A stretch of DNA of 64,000 nt from contig JAJFGL010000012.1 of the NCBI GenBank assembly GCA_021776135.1, positions 23,258-87,257 on the forward strand, written 5' to 3'. The notes beneath the pieces are model-generated. The model worked only from the letters and a program-made list of their open reading frames with translations, was not told where the DNA came from and did not search any database. Position numbers and translations under genes: made by a program. Shown in pieces: positions 29,445 to 38,962 of the stretch. Source of the DNA: Kiloniellaceae bacterium. Lineage in GTDB: Bacteria > Pseudomonadota > Alphaproteobacteria > Kiloniellales > J153. Within the stretch, counting starts at the first letter, position 1, and the number at the start of each line of letters is the position of its first letter.

Positions 29445-29720
29445 GTGCCTTCCCCCGCTATGCCTAGCCTATGGCATTTCGCGGCCGCCGACGGCACCCC
29501 GCGCAACGCGCTGAAGGTCGCCTTGGTGGTCGGCGCCATCCTGACGCTGATTAATCAGGGCGATGTCATCTTGGCCGGCGGGATGCCGGACATGGTCAAG
29601 GCCGGGCTGACCTTCGTGGTGCCCTATCTGGTCGCGACCTATGGCGCGGTCACGGCCAAGCGCACGGGATGGCGCGCGCGCCAAAAGGCCGATGCTGGGA
29701 AAGAGATCCCCTACTTATAG
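29445..29720 (+). CDS. NrtS-family small membrane protein
   Basis: 91 aa; ALKVALVVGAILTLINQGD...VPYLVATYG pattern. Start may be 29463. Confidence 0.55.
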   Translation: MPSPAMPSLWHFAAADGTPRNALKVALVVGAILTLINQGDVILAGGMPDMVKAGLTFVVPYLVATYGAVTAKRTGWRARQKADAGKEIPYL

Positions 29721-30889
29721 GGATCCGCCGCGTCGCGCAGGCCATCGCCGAAAAAGTTGAAGGCCAAGATCAGCACAATGACCGGCACCACCGGCAGCAT
29801 GAGCCAGGGATAAAGCGCGACCACGTTGATGTTCTGCGCCTCGTTCAAAAGCACGCCCCAGGACGTGATCGGCGGACGCAAGCCGAGACCGAGGAAGCTG
29901 AGCGCGGTCTCGCCCAGGATCATGGTCGGAATGGTCAAGGTCGCCGAAGCGATCAGATGGCTCATGAAACCGGGCATCAGATGGCGGGCGATAATCCGGG
30001 TTGGGCTGGCGCCGATTAGTTGGGCCGCGACGCAGAAATCCTCCTCGCGCAAGGCCAGCAGTTTCGAGCGCACGGCGCGCGCCAAGCCGGTCCAGTCGAT
30101 TAAACCCAGTATGGCGCTGATACCGAAGTAAATCAGAATCGGGCTCCAGGTCACCGGCAGAATCGCCGAAAGCGCCATCCACAACGGGATTTCCGGAAAC
30201 GAGCGAACGACCTCGATAACCCGCTGTATGATGGTGTCGGCCAAGCCGCCGTAATAGCCGGCGATACCGCCAATGATGAGCCCAAGGGTGAAGCTGATGA
30301 CAATGCCGATCAGCCCCACGGTCAGGGATATACGCGCGCCGTAAATAATCCGCGACAGCATATCGCGGCCCAGGCGATCGGTGCCGAGCAGGAAGAGCGT
30401 GCCGTCTTCCGGCGGACAGACGAAGTGGAAAGACCCCGGCACAAGACCCCAAAATTCATAGGAATCGCCAAGGCAGAAAAAGCGAACCGGCTGAACCTTG
30501 GATGTGTCCGGCGTATATTCGCGTTTCAGGTTCTCCATATTCAGCCGGTAGTTCCAGGGGTAAACGAAAGGACCGATAAATTCACCCTCGTGGACAAGAT
30601 GCACGGATTGCGGCGGTGTATAGATGAAGTTCGTATTTTGACGGTGCAGATCGTAGGGCGCGAGAAATTCGCTAAACAAGACCGACCCGTACAAAAGCAG
30701 AAGAATAACGCCGCTGAACATGGCGACCTTGTGGCGTTTCAGCTTCCACCACATCAATTGCCACTGGGAGGCCAGGTAGTATTTCTCCTGCTCCGGCGTC
30801 AGCTTTTCGACCGAATAGGGATCGAAGGGCGCATCGGAAACGTAATGACCGTGCCGGCCGCCCGCGCCTGGTTCGTCGGCCGAACTCAT
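29711..30889 (-). CDS. peptide ABC transporter permease (YejE/OppC-like)
   Basis: 392 aa; multi-TM, with the BPD-transporter EAA-like loop region. Confidence 0.9.
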   Translation of the reverse strand: MSSADEPGAGGRHGHYVSDAPFDPYSVEKLTPEQEKYYLASQWQLMWWKLKRHKVAMFSGVILLLLYGSVLFSEFLAPYDLHRQNTNFIYTPPQSVHLVHEGEFIGPFVYPWNYRLNMENLKREYTPDTSKVQPVRFFCLGDSYEFWGLVPGSFHFVCPPEDGTLFLLGTDRLGRDMLSRIIYGARISLTVGLIGIVISFTLGLIIGGIAGYYGGLADTIIQRVIEVVRSFPEIPLWMALSAILPVTWSPILIYFGISAILGLIDWTGLARAVRSKLLALREEDFCVAAQLIGASPTRIIARHLMPGFMSHLIASATLTIPTMILGETALSFLGLGLRPPITSWGVLLNEAQNINVVALYPWLMLPVVPVIVLILAFNFFGDGLRDAADPYK

Positions 30890-31884
30890 CTTGTTGTGCC
30901 TCCTTGCAGACGGATGCGCGGGTCGAGCACCGCGAGCGCCAGGTCGGAGACCAGCACGCCAACGACAGTCAAGGAAGCCAGGAACATCAGGAACGATCCA
31001 GCCAGGTACATATCCTGGCTACGCAGCGCACCGAGCAACATGGGGCCGGTGGTAGGCAAGGATAGTATGATCTCGACCACCGCCGCGCCGGATATGATGC
31101 TGGGCAAAAGGCTGCCGATGTCGGCGATGAAAAAGTTGAGCGATAGCCGGAAGGGATATTTCAGCAGCAGCTTCAAGGGCGGCAGACCCTTGGCCCGCCC
31201 GGTCACGACGTATTGCTTCTCCAACTCGTCGAGAAGATTCGCGCGTAAGCGGCGAATCATGCCGGCGGTACCGGATGTCCCAATAACGATGACCGGTATC
31301 CAAATATGCTCCAGCACAGAAACGATCTTCGGCCAGGTCCAGGGCTGGTCGATATATTGCGCATCCATAAGGCCGCCGACCGAAGTTCCGAAAAACACAT
31401 TGGCTATATAAAGCAGGACTAGAGCGAGCAAAAAATTCGGCGTCGCGAGCCCGATGAACCCCAAGAATGTGAGCGTATAATCGCCCCAGCTATACTGCCT
31501 GACGGCGGAATAAAGACCGATGGGAAACGAAATAATCCAGGTGAAGACAATCGTCATAAGGGAAACCAGCGCGGTCAAATAGAGCCTGTCGCCCACAACC
31601 TCCGTCACCGGCAGGCGGAACTCGAAGGAATATCCGAAATCGCCGTGCAACATGCCCCAGACCCAGTATACGTACTGCTCCATGACCGGCCGGTCGAAAC
31701 CGTACTGGCGGCGCAAGGCCTCGATCTTTTCGAGATCGACGGATTCGCCCTGGGACTGAAGCTCGGCGATATAGCTTTCGAAATAGTCGCCGGGCGGAAG
31801 CTGAATAATGACGAATATGATCAGACTGATCGCGAGCAGGGTCGGGATCATGATAAAGAAGCGATGTACGATATAAGTGAGCAT
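30886..31884 (-). CDS. peptide ABC transporter permease (YejB/OppB-like)
   Basis: 332 aa; MLTYIVHRFFIMIPTLLAISLIIF start typical of DppB/OppB-type permeases. 4-bp overlap with the downstream permease gene. Confidence 0.9.
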   Translation of the reverse strand: MLTYIVHRFFIMIPTLLAISLIIFVIIQLPPGDYFESYIAELQSQGESVDLEKIEALRRQYGFDRPVMEQYVYWVWGMLHGDFGYSFEFRLPVTEVVGDRLYLTALVSLMTIVFTWIISFPIGLYSAVRQYSWGDYTLTFLGFIGLATPNFLLALVLLYIANVFFGTSVGGLMDAQYIDQPWTWPKIVSVLEHIWIPVIVIGTSGTAGMIRRLRANLLDELEKQYVVTGRAKGLPPLKLLLKYPFRLSLNFFIADIGSLLPSIISGAAVVEIILSLPTTGPMLLGALRSQDMYLAGSFLMFLASLTVVGVLVSDLALAVLDPRIRLQGGTTR

Positions 31885-31904
31885 GGCGGCTTATACAGAA
31901 GGTC

Positions 31905-32172
31905 CTAGAGCGCTTTCCGACCTTACGGACCCATTCGATGGGCCAGATCCGTTCACTCGGCTAAGCTGCGGCGCGCCGCGCGATGCGGGACATCGGGCTA
32001 GCGGCGGAGCGACGCCGATGAGCGGATATGGCCCACCGCAGGCCGGTATTTCGCGCCCGCTGGACGTCGTTGCGGCCCGCTTGCGGTCATCAAGACCGCG
32101 GTGCGGACCGCGCCTAGCCAGCAGACGCGAAATACCGGTCGAATGGGTCCGTAAGGTCGGAAAGCGCTCTAG
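31905..32172. mobile_element. MITE-like element, family B, copy 1 (268 bp) inside the ABC operon
   Basis: 34-bp perfect terminal inverted repeats ctagagcgctttccgaccttacggacccattcga (31905-31938 / 32139-32172). The core is shared with 48356-48621. Confidence 0.8.
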
Positions 32173-32198
32173 ATATCCAGCCTTACGATGCAGCCCGC

Positions 32199-34127
32199 TC
32201 ATCTCTGGGCCGCCCGGCGTTCGTCCGACAACCAGAATGTATCCATCTTGTAGATGCCGAAATACGCGCTCGGGCTCCAAGAATAGATGCCCTTCGCGGG
32301 CACGTTATTCAGGCCCTTGGCGACCACGACCGGTTGCGGCACACCGCTGATCGTGCCAATGGAAAATACCTGGTCCGCGCGTAGTTTCAATATCTTATGC
32401 CAAGCCTGCGCGCGTGCCTCCTTGGTTTTGGCGCGGCGCCAATCCTTGTAGAAACCGAGCAATTCCTCCGCCGCGGGCAGATCGGGTTTCTGCCCGGATT
32501 TCGCGGAAGACTCGAAATACTCCCCCCACTTCGACCATTGCAGTTGAATCTGTTCCGAGGGCACGAATTCCGACGGCGCCGTATCGGCCGTCGGCAAGGC
32601 GTTATCGAGGCCGGACCAGACCGACATGACCGCCTGGCCGGCGAAAACCCGGTTGCGGAACACTTCGCGTTGCGAGGGTTTGGTGAACAGCTCGACGCCG
32701 ATCTTTTTCCAATCCGTCTTGATCAGTTCAAGCATGTCCGTTTCTTCGGTGCTTTCGCCCGAGGAGTCTATGATAATCTGCATGGGCCGGCCGTCGGGCA
32801 ACAGCCGGACGCCGGAATTGTCGCGCTCGGATAAGCCGATTTGGTCCAGCAAGGCATTGGCCATCTTGATATCGGTTTGGGCCCAGGCATTCCGGTAGGC
32901 GGGATCGTATAAGGGACTCTCCGGCAGAACCGTGTCCGCGCCGGGCTTGGCCAGTCCGAAGTAAAGAACCTGATTGATCGCGTTACGGTCTATGGCGATT
33001 GAAAGCGCGCGCCGGAATCGCACGTCGTGCATAAGCGTGCGCCAAGCGGGATCTTCCGCCGTCAAATTTGGGTATAAAGCTACCTTTGAACCTAAAGCGG
33101 TGGTCCAAAGACGAAGCTGATATCCCTTATCCTTCTCGCCCTGCTTCAGAAATGTGTAGTGGTCGAATCTGATTGAGCGGGCTTGCAGGTCGGTCTCGCC
33201 AAAACCGGTCTTGGCCGGAATCAAATTTTGATCCGAGATATTGACGATGACCCGGTCCAGGTAAGGAAGTTGCCGCCCGGCGCTGTCGACCCGGTGATAA
33301 TACGGGTTGCGCGAGAATACGAAACGTTCGGCGGGCCGGGGGGTGGTGTTTATCCAGGGCTGCAGAACCGGCAGGTCGATGTTATCGAAGCGGTACTGTT
33401 CGTCCGTGCGATTAAAGAGGCTGACCCAGTTTAGCGCCGAGGCTTCCTCAACCCTCGCCGCCAAGGCTTTCGGCGCGGCGTAAGCGGCATGAAACTGCTT
33501 TAGGTAGTGGGCCGGCCGGTAAATATACAGCGGCCGCGCGCCGGCGATGGCGGGCAGGAAAAAGGGGTTCGGTTTCGACCAGCTATAGCGAATGGTCCGG
33601 TCATCGACGATCGCGACTTGCGGCGCCTCGCCGTCGACCCTGAGCACCTTCGGCGGGCCGAAGGGTGAAATTTCCTCGTTATTGACCACGTCTTCCCAGT
33701 AGAAGCGGAAATCTTCCGCGGTGAAGGCTTGCCCATCCGACCAGCGGTGATTCTTTCGTAATTTGAAGGTGAATATCCTTTGCTCCTCGACATCGACTGT
33801 TTCGATAATGTCGGGAACAAGGTCCAGGTTAACGTCATAACCGACCAGGCGGGCGTACCCGAAAACGGTCATCAAACGGATGTCTTTTTGGCGCCCCATC
33901 AGGGTGATGATCTCTCCGCCGTGACGGCCCAGGACTTGATCCTTGGGGATCAGCGCGGCGACGGCGGGCGGGTCCGGAAGGCGTTCCCTGGCCGCCGGCA
34001 AGGCGCCGCTGGCGATCAAGGGTTCAAGCATGGGCGGCTCGATAATTTTACCGGCGCGTGCCGTCTGCGCGAAAGCGCAAAGCAACACGGCCAATGAGCT
34101 TGTAAGAAAGTATTTTGAAATTCTCAT
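32199..34127 (-). CDS. ABC transporter substrate-binding protein, family 5 (YejA-like)
   Basis: 642 aa; signal peptide, large SBP_bac_5-type body. Confidence 0.9.
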   Translation of the reverse strand: MRISKYFLTSSLAVLLCAFAQTARAGKIIEPPMLEPLIASGALPAARERLPDPPAVAALIPKDQVLGRHGGEIITLMGRQKDIRLMTVFGYARLVGYDVNLDLVPDIIETVDVEEQRIFTFKLRKNHRWSDGQAFTAEDFRFYWEDVVNNEEISPFGPPKVLRVDGEAPQVAIVDDRTIRYSWSKPNPFFLPAIAGARPLYIYRPAHYLKQFHAAYAAPKALAARVEEASALNWVSLFNRTDEQYRFDNIDLPVLQPWINTTPRPAERFVFSRNPYYHRVDSAGRQLPYLDRVIVNISDQNLIPAKTGFGETDLQARSIRFDHYTFLKQGEKDKGYQLRLWTTALGSKVALYPNLTAEDPAWRTLMHDVRFRRALSIAIDRNAINQVLYFGLAKPGADTVLPESPLYDPAYRNAWAQTDIKMANALLDQIGLSERDNSGVRLLPDGRPMQIIIDSSGESTEETDMLELIKTDWKKIGVELFTKPSQREVFRNRVFAGQAVMSVWSGLDNALPTADTAPSEFVPSEQIQLQWSKWGEYFESSAKSGQKPDLPAAEELLGFYKDWRRAKTKEARAQAWHKILKLRADQVFSIGTISGVPQPVVVAKGLNNVPAKGIYSWSPSAYFGIYKMDTFWLSDERRAAQR

Positions 34128-36025
34128 GACGCGAGGGCCTCTGGCCGGGTTTCGGCGGCCGCGCGCACGAAATGCTCTTCTCCCAAATCGAAAAGCTTCG
34201 ACGGCGCCGCTTCGTTCAAGGTGAATGGTGCCGGAAAATCGGCGGACCCCGCCAGCTTCATGGCGGATATATGCCCAAAATCCAACTTACGGTCAGGATC
34301 GGGATGCGGCACGGCCGACAACAATGTCTTGGTATAGGGATGCACCGGATTGGAAAACAAGACATCGCGCGGCGCGACCTCGACCAAGCGGCCGTCGTAC
34401 ATGACCGCGATGCGATCCGCCATGTAATCGACAACCGCGAGATTATGCGAAATGAAAAGGTAGGTCAGCCCAAGCTCGCCTTGTAAATCTTTCAACAGAT
34501 TCAAAATTTGCGCCTGGATGGACACGTCCAGGGACGACACGGGTTCATCGCATATCAAGAGTTCGGGCTGCAGCGCCAGGGCGCGGGCGATACCCAAGCG
34601 CTGGCGTTGGCCGCCCGAAAAACTATGCGGATAGCGGCGCAGAAAACGTATGTCCAGGCCAACCAGGCGCATGAGTTCCTTGACCAACTCGATGCGCTCC
34701 TCCGGGGTGCCTACTTTGTGAACCACCAAGGGCTCGCTGATGATATCGAGCGCGGTCATGCGCGGGTTCAGCGACCCGAAGGGATCCTGGAAAATGAATT
34801 GGACCCGGCGCCGGAAGCTAAGCAGGGCATCGCCTTCCAAGGACAGAACATCGATTTCCTCGCCGGGGGTCAGGTAGGTCACCGTACCCGCGTCCGGCAG
34901 AAGGGCGCGCATGATGACCTTGCTGGCGGTCGTCTTTCCGCAGCCGGATTCGCCGACCAGGCCCAGGCATTCCCCGCGCCGGACCGTGAAGCTGACATCG
35001 TCGACCGCCGTCATCTTCACCTTGGCGCCCAGGCCCAGGATACCTTGTTGACGCAAGGTGAAGGACTTAGTCAGCCCCTTCACCTCCAGCAGGGCGTCGC
35101 CGGTCTTGACCCGGCCCCGGTTGTCCGTGCCGTCCGGCGCGGCCTTGCGCAGCAAACTGGCCTTACCCGGCGCGATCTCACGGATGGGGATCAATCTTTC
35201 GCCGCGGGTCATGTTAGTGCGCGGCACGGCGGTGAAGAGCGCCTTGAGATAGGGGTGTTCCGGCCGGGCGAAAATCTCGCCGCAGGGGCCGCTTTCCACA
35301 ACCTTGCCGTGATACATCACCACAACCTCTTCGGCGATATTGGCGACCACCCCAAGGTCGTGGGTGATGATCAGGACCGCCATGCCAAGCTCGCGCTGCA
35401 GATCGATCAATAGCTTGAGTATCTGGGCCTGAATGGTCACGTCCAGGGCCGTCGTCGGCTCATCGGCGATGAGCAGCGATGGGCGGCAAATCAAGGCCAT
35501 GGCGATCATGGCGCGCTGGCGCAACCCGCCCGACAATTCGAAAGGATAGGCATTGAGGGCGGCGGCGGGATTGGGGAAACCGACCAGGCGAAGCATTTCC
35601 TGGGTCAGGCCGCGCCCGGTCTCACTGTCGACGTCGCGGTGCAGGAACAAAGCCTCGCCAACCTGATCGCCGATCGTATGGACCGGCGACAAGGAAGTCA
35701 TGGGCTCCTGAAAAATGATCGATATATGGCCGCCGCGTATGGCGCGCATGGGTGCGCCGTCCCGGTTCAGCGCGGCGATATCGATCTCGGCGCCCGTCTT
35801 GGCCGGATCCCGGTACAGAATCTGGCCGCCGTCTATCCGCCCGACCTTGGGCAATATCCCCATGATCGCCTGAGCGACTGTGGACTTACCCGATCCGGAT
35901 TCGCCAACCAAGGCAACGGTAGAGCCTTTCCGGATATCGAAGGAAACGCCATCGACCGCGGGCACAATCGACCCATGGATACGAAACCCGACCTCCAGGT
36001 TACGAACCGAAAGGACGTCATTCAT
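34124..36025 (-). CDS. ABC transporter ATP-binding protein, fused double ATPase (YejF-like)
   Basis: ATG 36025. Two Walker A motifs ([18 protein letters not shown]) and two LSGG signatures. Confidence 0.93.
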   Translation of the reverse strand: MNDVLSVRNLEVGFRIHGSIVPAVDGVSFDIRKGSTVALVGESGSGKSTVAQAIMGILPKVGRIDGGQILYRDPAKTGAEIDIAALNRDGAPMRAIRGGHISIIFQEPMTSLSPVHTIGDQVGEALFLHRDVDSETGRGLTQEMLRLVGFPNPAAALNAYPFELSGGLRQRAMIAMALICRPSLLIADEPTTALDVTIQAQILKLLIDLQRELGMAVLIITHDLGVVANIAEEVVVMYHGKVVESGPCGEIFARPEHPYLKALFTAVPRTNMTRGERLIPIREIAPGKASLLRKAAPDGTDNRGRVKTGDALLEVKGLTKSFTLRQQGILGLGAKVKMTAVDDVSFTVRRGECLGLVGESGCGKTTASKVIMRALLPDAGTVTYLTPGEEIDVLSLEGDALLSFRRRVQFIFQDPFGSLNPRMTALDIISEPLVVHKVGTPEERIELVKELMRLVGLDIRFLRRYPHSFSGGQRQRLGIARALALQPELLICDEPVSSLDVSIQAQILNLLKDLQGELGLTYLFISHNLAVVDYMADRIAVMYDGRLVEVAPRDVLFSNPVHPYTKTLLSAVPHPDPDRKLDFGHISAMKLAGSADFPAPFTLNEAAPSKLFDLGEEHFVRAAAETRPEALAS

Positions 36026-36038
36026 ACAGCGCGGGCCC

Positions 36039-36698
36039 CTACCTACGGCCAATCAGCATGAAGCGGGTATAGCGCCGCCGCTTTAACATGCCTTCGTAAT
36101 ACAGCTCGCTCATGGGCAGCTGCACTTTAAGCGCCGCCAGATCGGCGACGCAGTTGACGTGCTCGTCGCAATCGAAATAGTCGTTCGATTGGACGGCCAT
36201 CGGCATGCCCGCGGGAATCCGGCCGTACCAATCGGCCTCGGGGGGCATGTGTTCGCAGCTCGTGTTGATCACCAGATTCGGCGCTTGCCCGGCGCCAAGC
36301 CTATAATCCAGGGTTACCGCATCGGCGGTAATCGCCTTGAAGCGGCCTTGGGCGCTGGCTGTCGCGTTAACACGCTCCGCCACCGGTGCGCAGACCGGAT
36401 CGATATCGTAGCTCAGAACCCGCGCCACCCGAAACCGTGCATCGCCTAGCAAAAGGGCGCCAAGGGCGCCGTACCAGCCGCCTAGGACATGGACGGTCCC
36501 GAAGTCTCCGCCCAGGGTCTCGTAGGTACGGTCGAGCAACCAGGTCTTGCTGGCGATCTGATTGGCATTGAAGGCATGTTCAAGCCCCTCGGGCGGCGCG
36601 GTGAAGCGCCCGCGCACGCCTTCGCTGAAATCCGCCGGGCCGCTAAAAGCCGCCAAGTCGGTTAGGGTTTCGGACTTCAGGCCGTCGTGGTCAAACAT
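36039..36698 (-). CDS. hypothetical protein, possibly methyltransferase-like
   Basis: ATG 36698; VHVLGGWYGALGALLL glycine-rich strand-loop. Assignment is weak. Confidence 0.4.
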   Translation of the reverse strand: MFDHDGLKSETLTDLAAFSGPADFSEGVRGRFTAPPEGLEHAFNANQIASKTWLLDRTYETLGGDFGTVHVLGGWYGALGALLLGDARFRVARVLSYDIDPVCAPVAERVNATASAQGRFKAITADAVTLDYRLGAGQAPNLVINTSCEHMPPEADWYGRIPAGMPMAVQSNDYFDCDEHVNCVADLAALKVQLPMSELYYEGMLKRRRYTRFMLIGRR

Positions 36699-36979
36699 CG
36701 AAATAACTGCTCCCCCGCCCCTCCCCTGCCCGCGAGCAAGGGAAAAGCCCGATCGTCGTACCCATGCCGTGCGCGGCCCGGCCCAGGCCGGAGCCAATTC
36801 GCCGGGCAAGCCGGCCCGCCATGGCTTTTGCCTTGTCTTGCTCTTCCGGCGGCTGGCCTATGGTGTTTTGTGCGGCCACCCAGGTCAAGCTCTTGTTCTA
36901 CGAGGTTATCTTGAACTTCGGGCTGGCCTGGGCTGTAATCGGCGGCACAACGTGAATTATGGGACATTTGGGGCCCAGG

Positions 36980-37399
36980 ATGCGCCAGGAACGTCACCTC
37001 ATCAAACTGCGGGCCGCCGCCCAGGGCATGGTCGAATTCACGCCCGAGGTGGCGGATTGGGTTGCCGGCGAGGGTTTTCGCGAGGGCCTCCTGACCCTTT
37101 TCATCCGCCACACCTCGGCCTCGCTTCTGATCCAGGAAAACGCCGATCCCGACGTTCTATACGATCTGCAGGCCTGGATGGACGCGGCGGCGCCCCAGGA
37201 CGCGCGGCTATACCGTCACGGCGCCGAAGGCCCCGACGACATGCCGGCCCACATAAAAAGCGCGCTGACTCAAAGCCATCTGAGCATTCCCCTTGGCGAT
37301 GGGAAAATGATGCTTGGCGCCTGGCAGGGGATTTACCTTTTCGAGCACCGCCGCCAGCCACGCGAGCGGCAGGTCGTTCTGCATTACATAGGCGAATAG
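36980..37399 (+). CDS. yjbQ: secondary thiamine-phosphate synthase enzyme YjbQ
   Basis: LTLFIRHTSASLLIQENADPDV...DDMPAHIKSAL...GIYLFEHR motif series. Confidence 0.85.
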   Translation: MRQERHLIKLRAAAQGMVEFTPEVADWVAGEGFREGLLTLFIRHTSASLLIQENADPDVLYDLQAWMDAAAPQDARLYRHGAEGPDDMPAHIKSALTQSHLSIPLGDGKMMLGAWQGIYLFEHRRQPRERQVVLHYIGE

Positions 37400-37480
37400 A
37401 TAATCGCACCCAAGGCGGCGGGCCACGGAAGGTGCCCAAGAGAACCTTCCGCGCCCGGTCGTTGGTATTTTCGAAAAACC

Positions 37481-37557
37481 TGGTCGGGGAGAGAGGATTC
37501 GAACCTCCGGCCCCCGCCTCCCGAAGACGGTGCTCTACCAGGCTGAGCTACTCCCCG
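37481..37557 (-). tRNA. tRNA-Pro (anticodon CGG)
   Basis: Reverse complement CGGGGAGTAGCTCAGCCTGGTAGAGCACCGTCTTCGGGAGGCGGGGGCCGGAGGTTCGAATCCTCTCTCCCCGACCA folds as a cloverleaf. Anticodon loop TTCGGGA; encoded CCA. Confidence 0.95.
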
Positions 37558-37633
37558 GAGCGGCCGGTTTATAGCGGCTTGCCAGCGCCTTGGCAACGGC
37601 CGAGCGCCGGCCGGGAAGTACGGAAAAAATGCC

Positions 37634-38764
37634 CTAAGCGGCGACCTGCTCGAGCTTGTCCATGAGAAAATCGATATCTTCCTTGGCAAAGGTCGATGCC
37701 GGATCCTCGAATTGCGTCAACATACGTTCCAGCATCTTGCTAATAAACCGGGCTCTATCGTTGGGTCCGCCGTCATAGTCGGTTTCCGACGTCAGATCGA
37801 TGCCCGCGCGAAAAACCGGGTACCAGCGCTTCGGCAGATTGGTCTTCAGGTAGATGGACTGCAATCCCAGCCCGCCGTCATCGTGAATTAAAATTCGGGC
37901 GTTCGGCAAGGCGACATTCGCGAGGCAGGCCAAGCCGCGCTCGAAGAAACTCAAGTCGCCTACGCTGATGGCCCGAAGCAAGAGCGAAGGCGTCAAGCGC
38001 CGCTTGCCGTGAAGCTGAAATACCAGGTCTTTCAAGTCCGCATCGGACGAACCGAATTGTACCAGGTTCATGGTCGCGCGTTCGCGCGCTTGAAGGATCA
38101 GGCTCGACGCGACATCGACCGTCAGTTCCTGTTTCTCCGAAAGATAATCCTGCAATTTCTGGGACACGGCCTCGATAAGCTGTTCGGAAATCGCGGCTGG
38201 CAAACTAGCCCGGCGGGACAGGGAATCGGAGACCCGGGTGCTGTTATCGTACTCGTCAATCACACGCTCCAGCGCGCTTTCATTCAGGTCCGCGCCTTCG
38301 TTGGAAACCAGGCGCGCGACCGCGGTTTCGTTTCCGGTATCGATCAGGGCGTCCGCCACGGTCGCGGAAACAAGGGGCCGTTGCGCCACCGCGACTTGCT
38401 TGACTTCGGACTGCCCGCGCACGATCCCAACTAAGTCCGCGTCGGACAGAACCTCGGAGAACTTAATCATCGGCAGCGCCACCGAATCGACATCGTTCGC
38501 GAGCGACAGGGCGACATCGCGCGGCAAGTCAGGAGAGGATTTCAGGTGTGCGGCAAGCGTTTCCCGGACCATGACCTCTGTATCCTTGACCAGAGTCCGA
38601 AAGATATCTTCCGCGATCAGGCGTTCTTTTTCGGTCAGGCCGCCGGTCGAAAACTTCTCCGCGATTTTCCCCGACGTGGTAGCCCGGTTATCGGCCGAAG
38701 GGTTGACCAGGAGGTTTTGGACATCCGCGGCGCTAAGCCGCTGTCGAACGATTTCTTCTGTCAT
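37634..38764 (-). CDS. DUF2336 domain-containing protein (paralog 1)
   Basis: 376 aa; helical-repeat protein. Aligns along its whole length with 38963-40090. Confidence 0.8.
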   Translation of the reverse strand: MTEEIVRQRLSAADVQNLLVNPSADNRATTSGKIAEKFSTGGLTEKERLIAEDIFRTLVKDTEVMVRETLAAHLKSSPDLPRDVALSLANDVDSVALPMIKFSEVLSDADLVGIVRGQSEVKQVAVAQRPLVSATVADALIDTGNETAVARLVSNEGADLNESALERVIDEYDNSTRVSDSLSRRASLPAAISEQLIEAVSQKLQDYLSEKQELTVDVASSLILQARERATMNLVQFGSSDADLKDLVFQLHGKRRLTPSLLLRAISVGDLSFFERGLACLANVALPNARILIHDDGGLGLQSIYLKTNLPKRWYPVFRAGIDLTSETDYDGGPNDRARFISKMLERMLTQFEDPASTFAKEDIDFLMDKLEQVAA

Positions 38765-38872
38765 CGCGCGCTAATTCCGCAGTCCGTGATTCCACATCCG
38801 CCACATATAACCCTCGGGCCGGCGTAGTGCGATCCAAAGAGCCTGGGCGTCTATAGTATGCTGATAGGTCGG

Positions 38873-38887
38873 TTAATCTAGGATTAA
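38873..38887. promoter_or_regulatory. CtrA-type box TTAA-N7-TTAA, 109 bp upstream of DUF2336 paralog 1
   Basis: ttaatctaggattaa read directly; matches the TTAA-N7-TTAA consensus exactly. Confidence 0.4.
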
Positions 38888-38962
38888 CACGTTATAATTC
38901 AAATGCTTAGATGATGTTGAATGGTGTAGAGCGCACCCTGCTCCACACATGGCGGCTGTTGC

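Noticed and set aside
31891-32280. 129-aa ORF, and the similar 81-aa ORF at 48355-48600 (shared ISRLLARRG...ATTSSGREIPA peptide)
   Set aside because: The similarity comes from the shared nucleotide core of the family-B palindromic element. Both ORFs lie inside terminal-inverted-repeat-bounded non-coding elements.
36562-37665. 367-aa plus-strand ORF
   Set aside because: It runs across yjbQ in another frame and through the tRNA-Pro gene, and its translation is Arg/Pro-rich. It is not credible.
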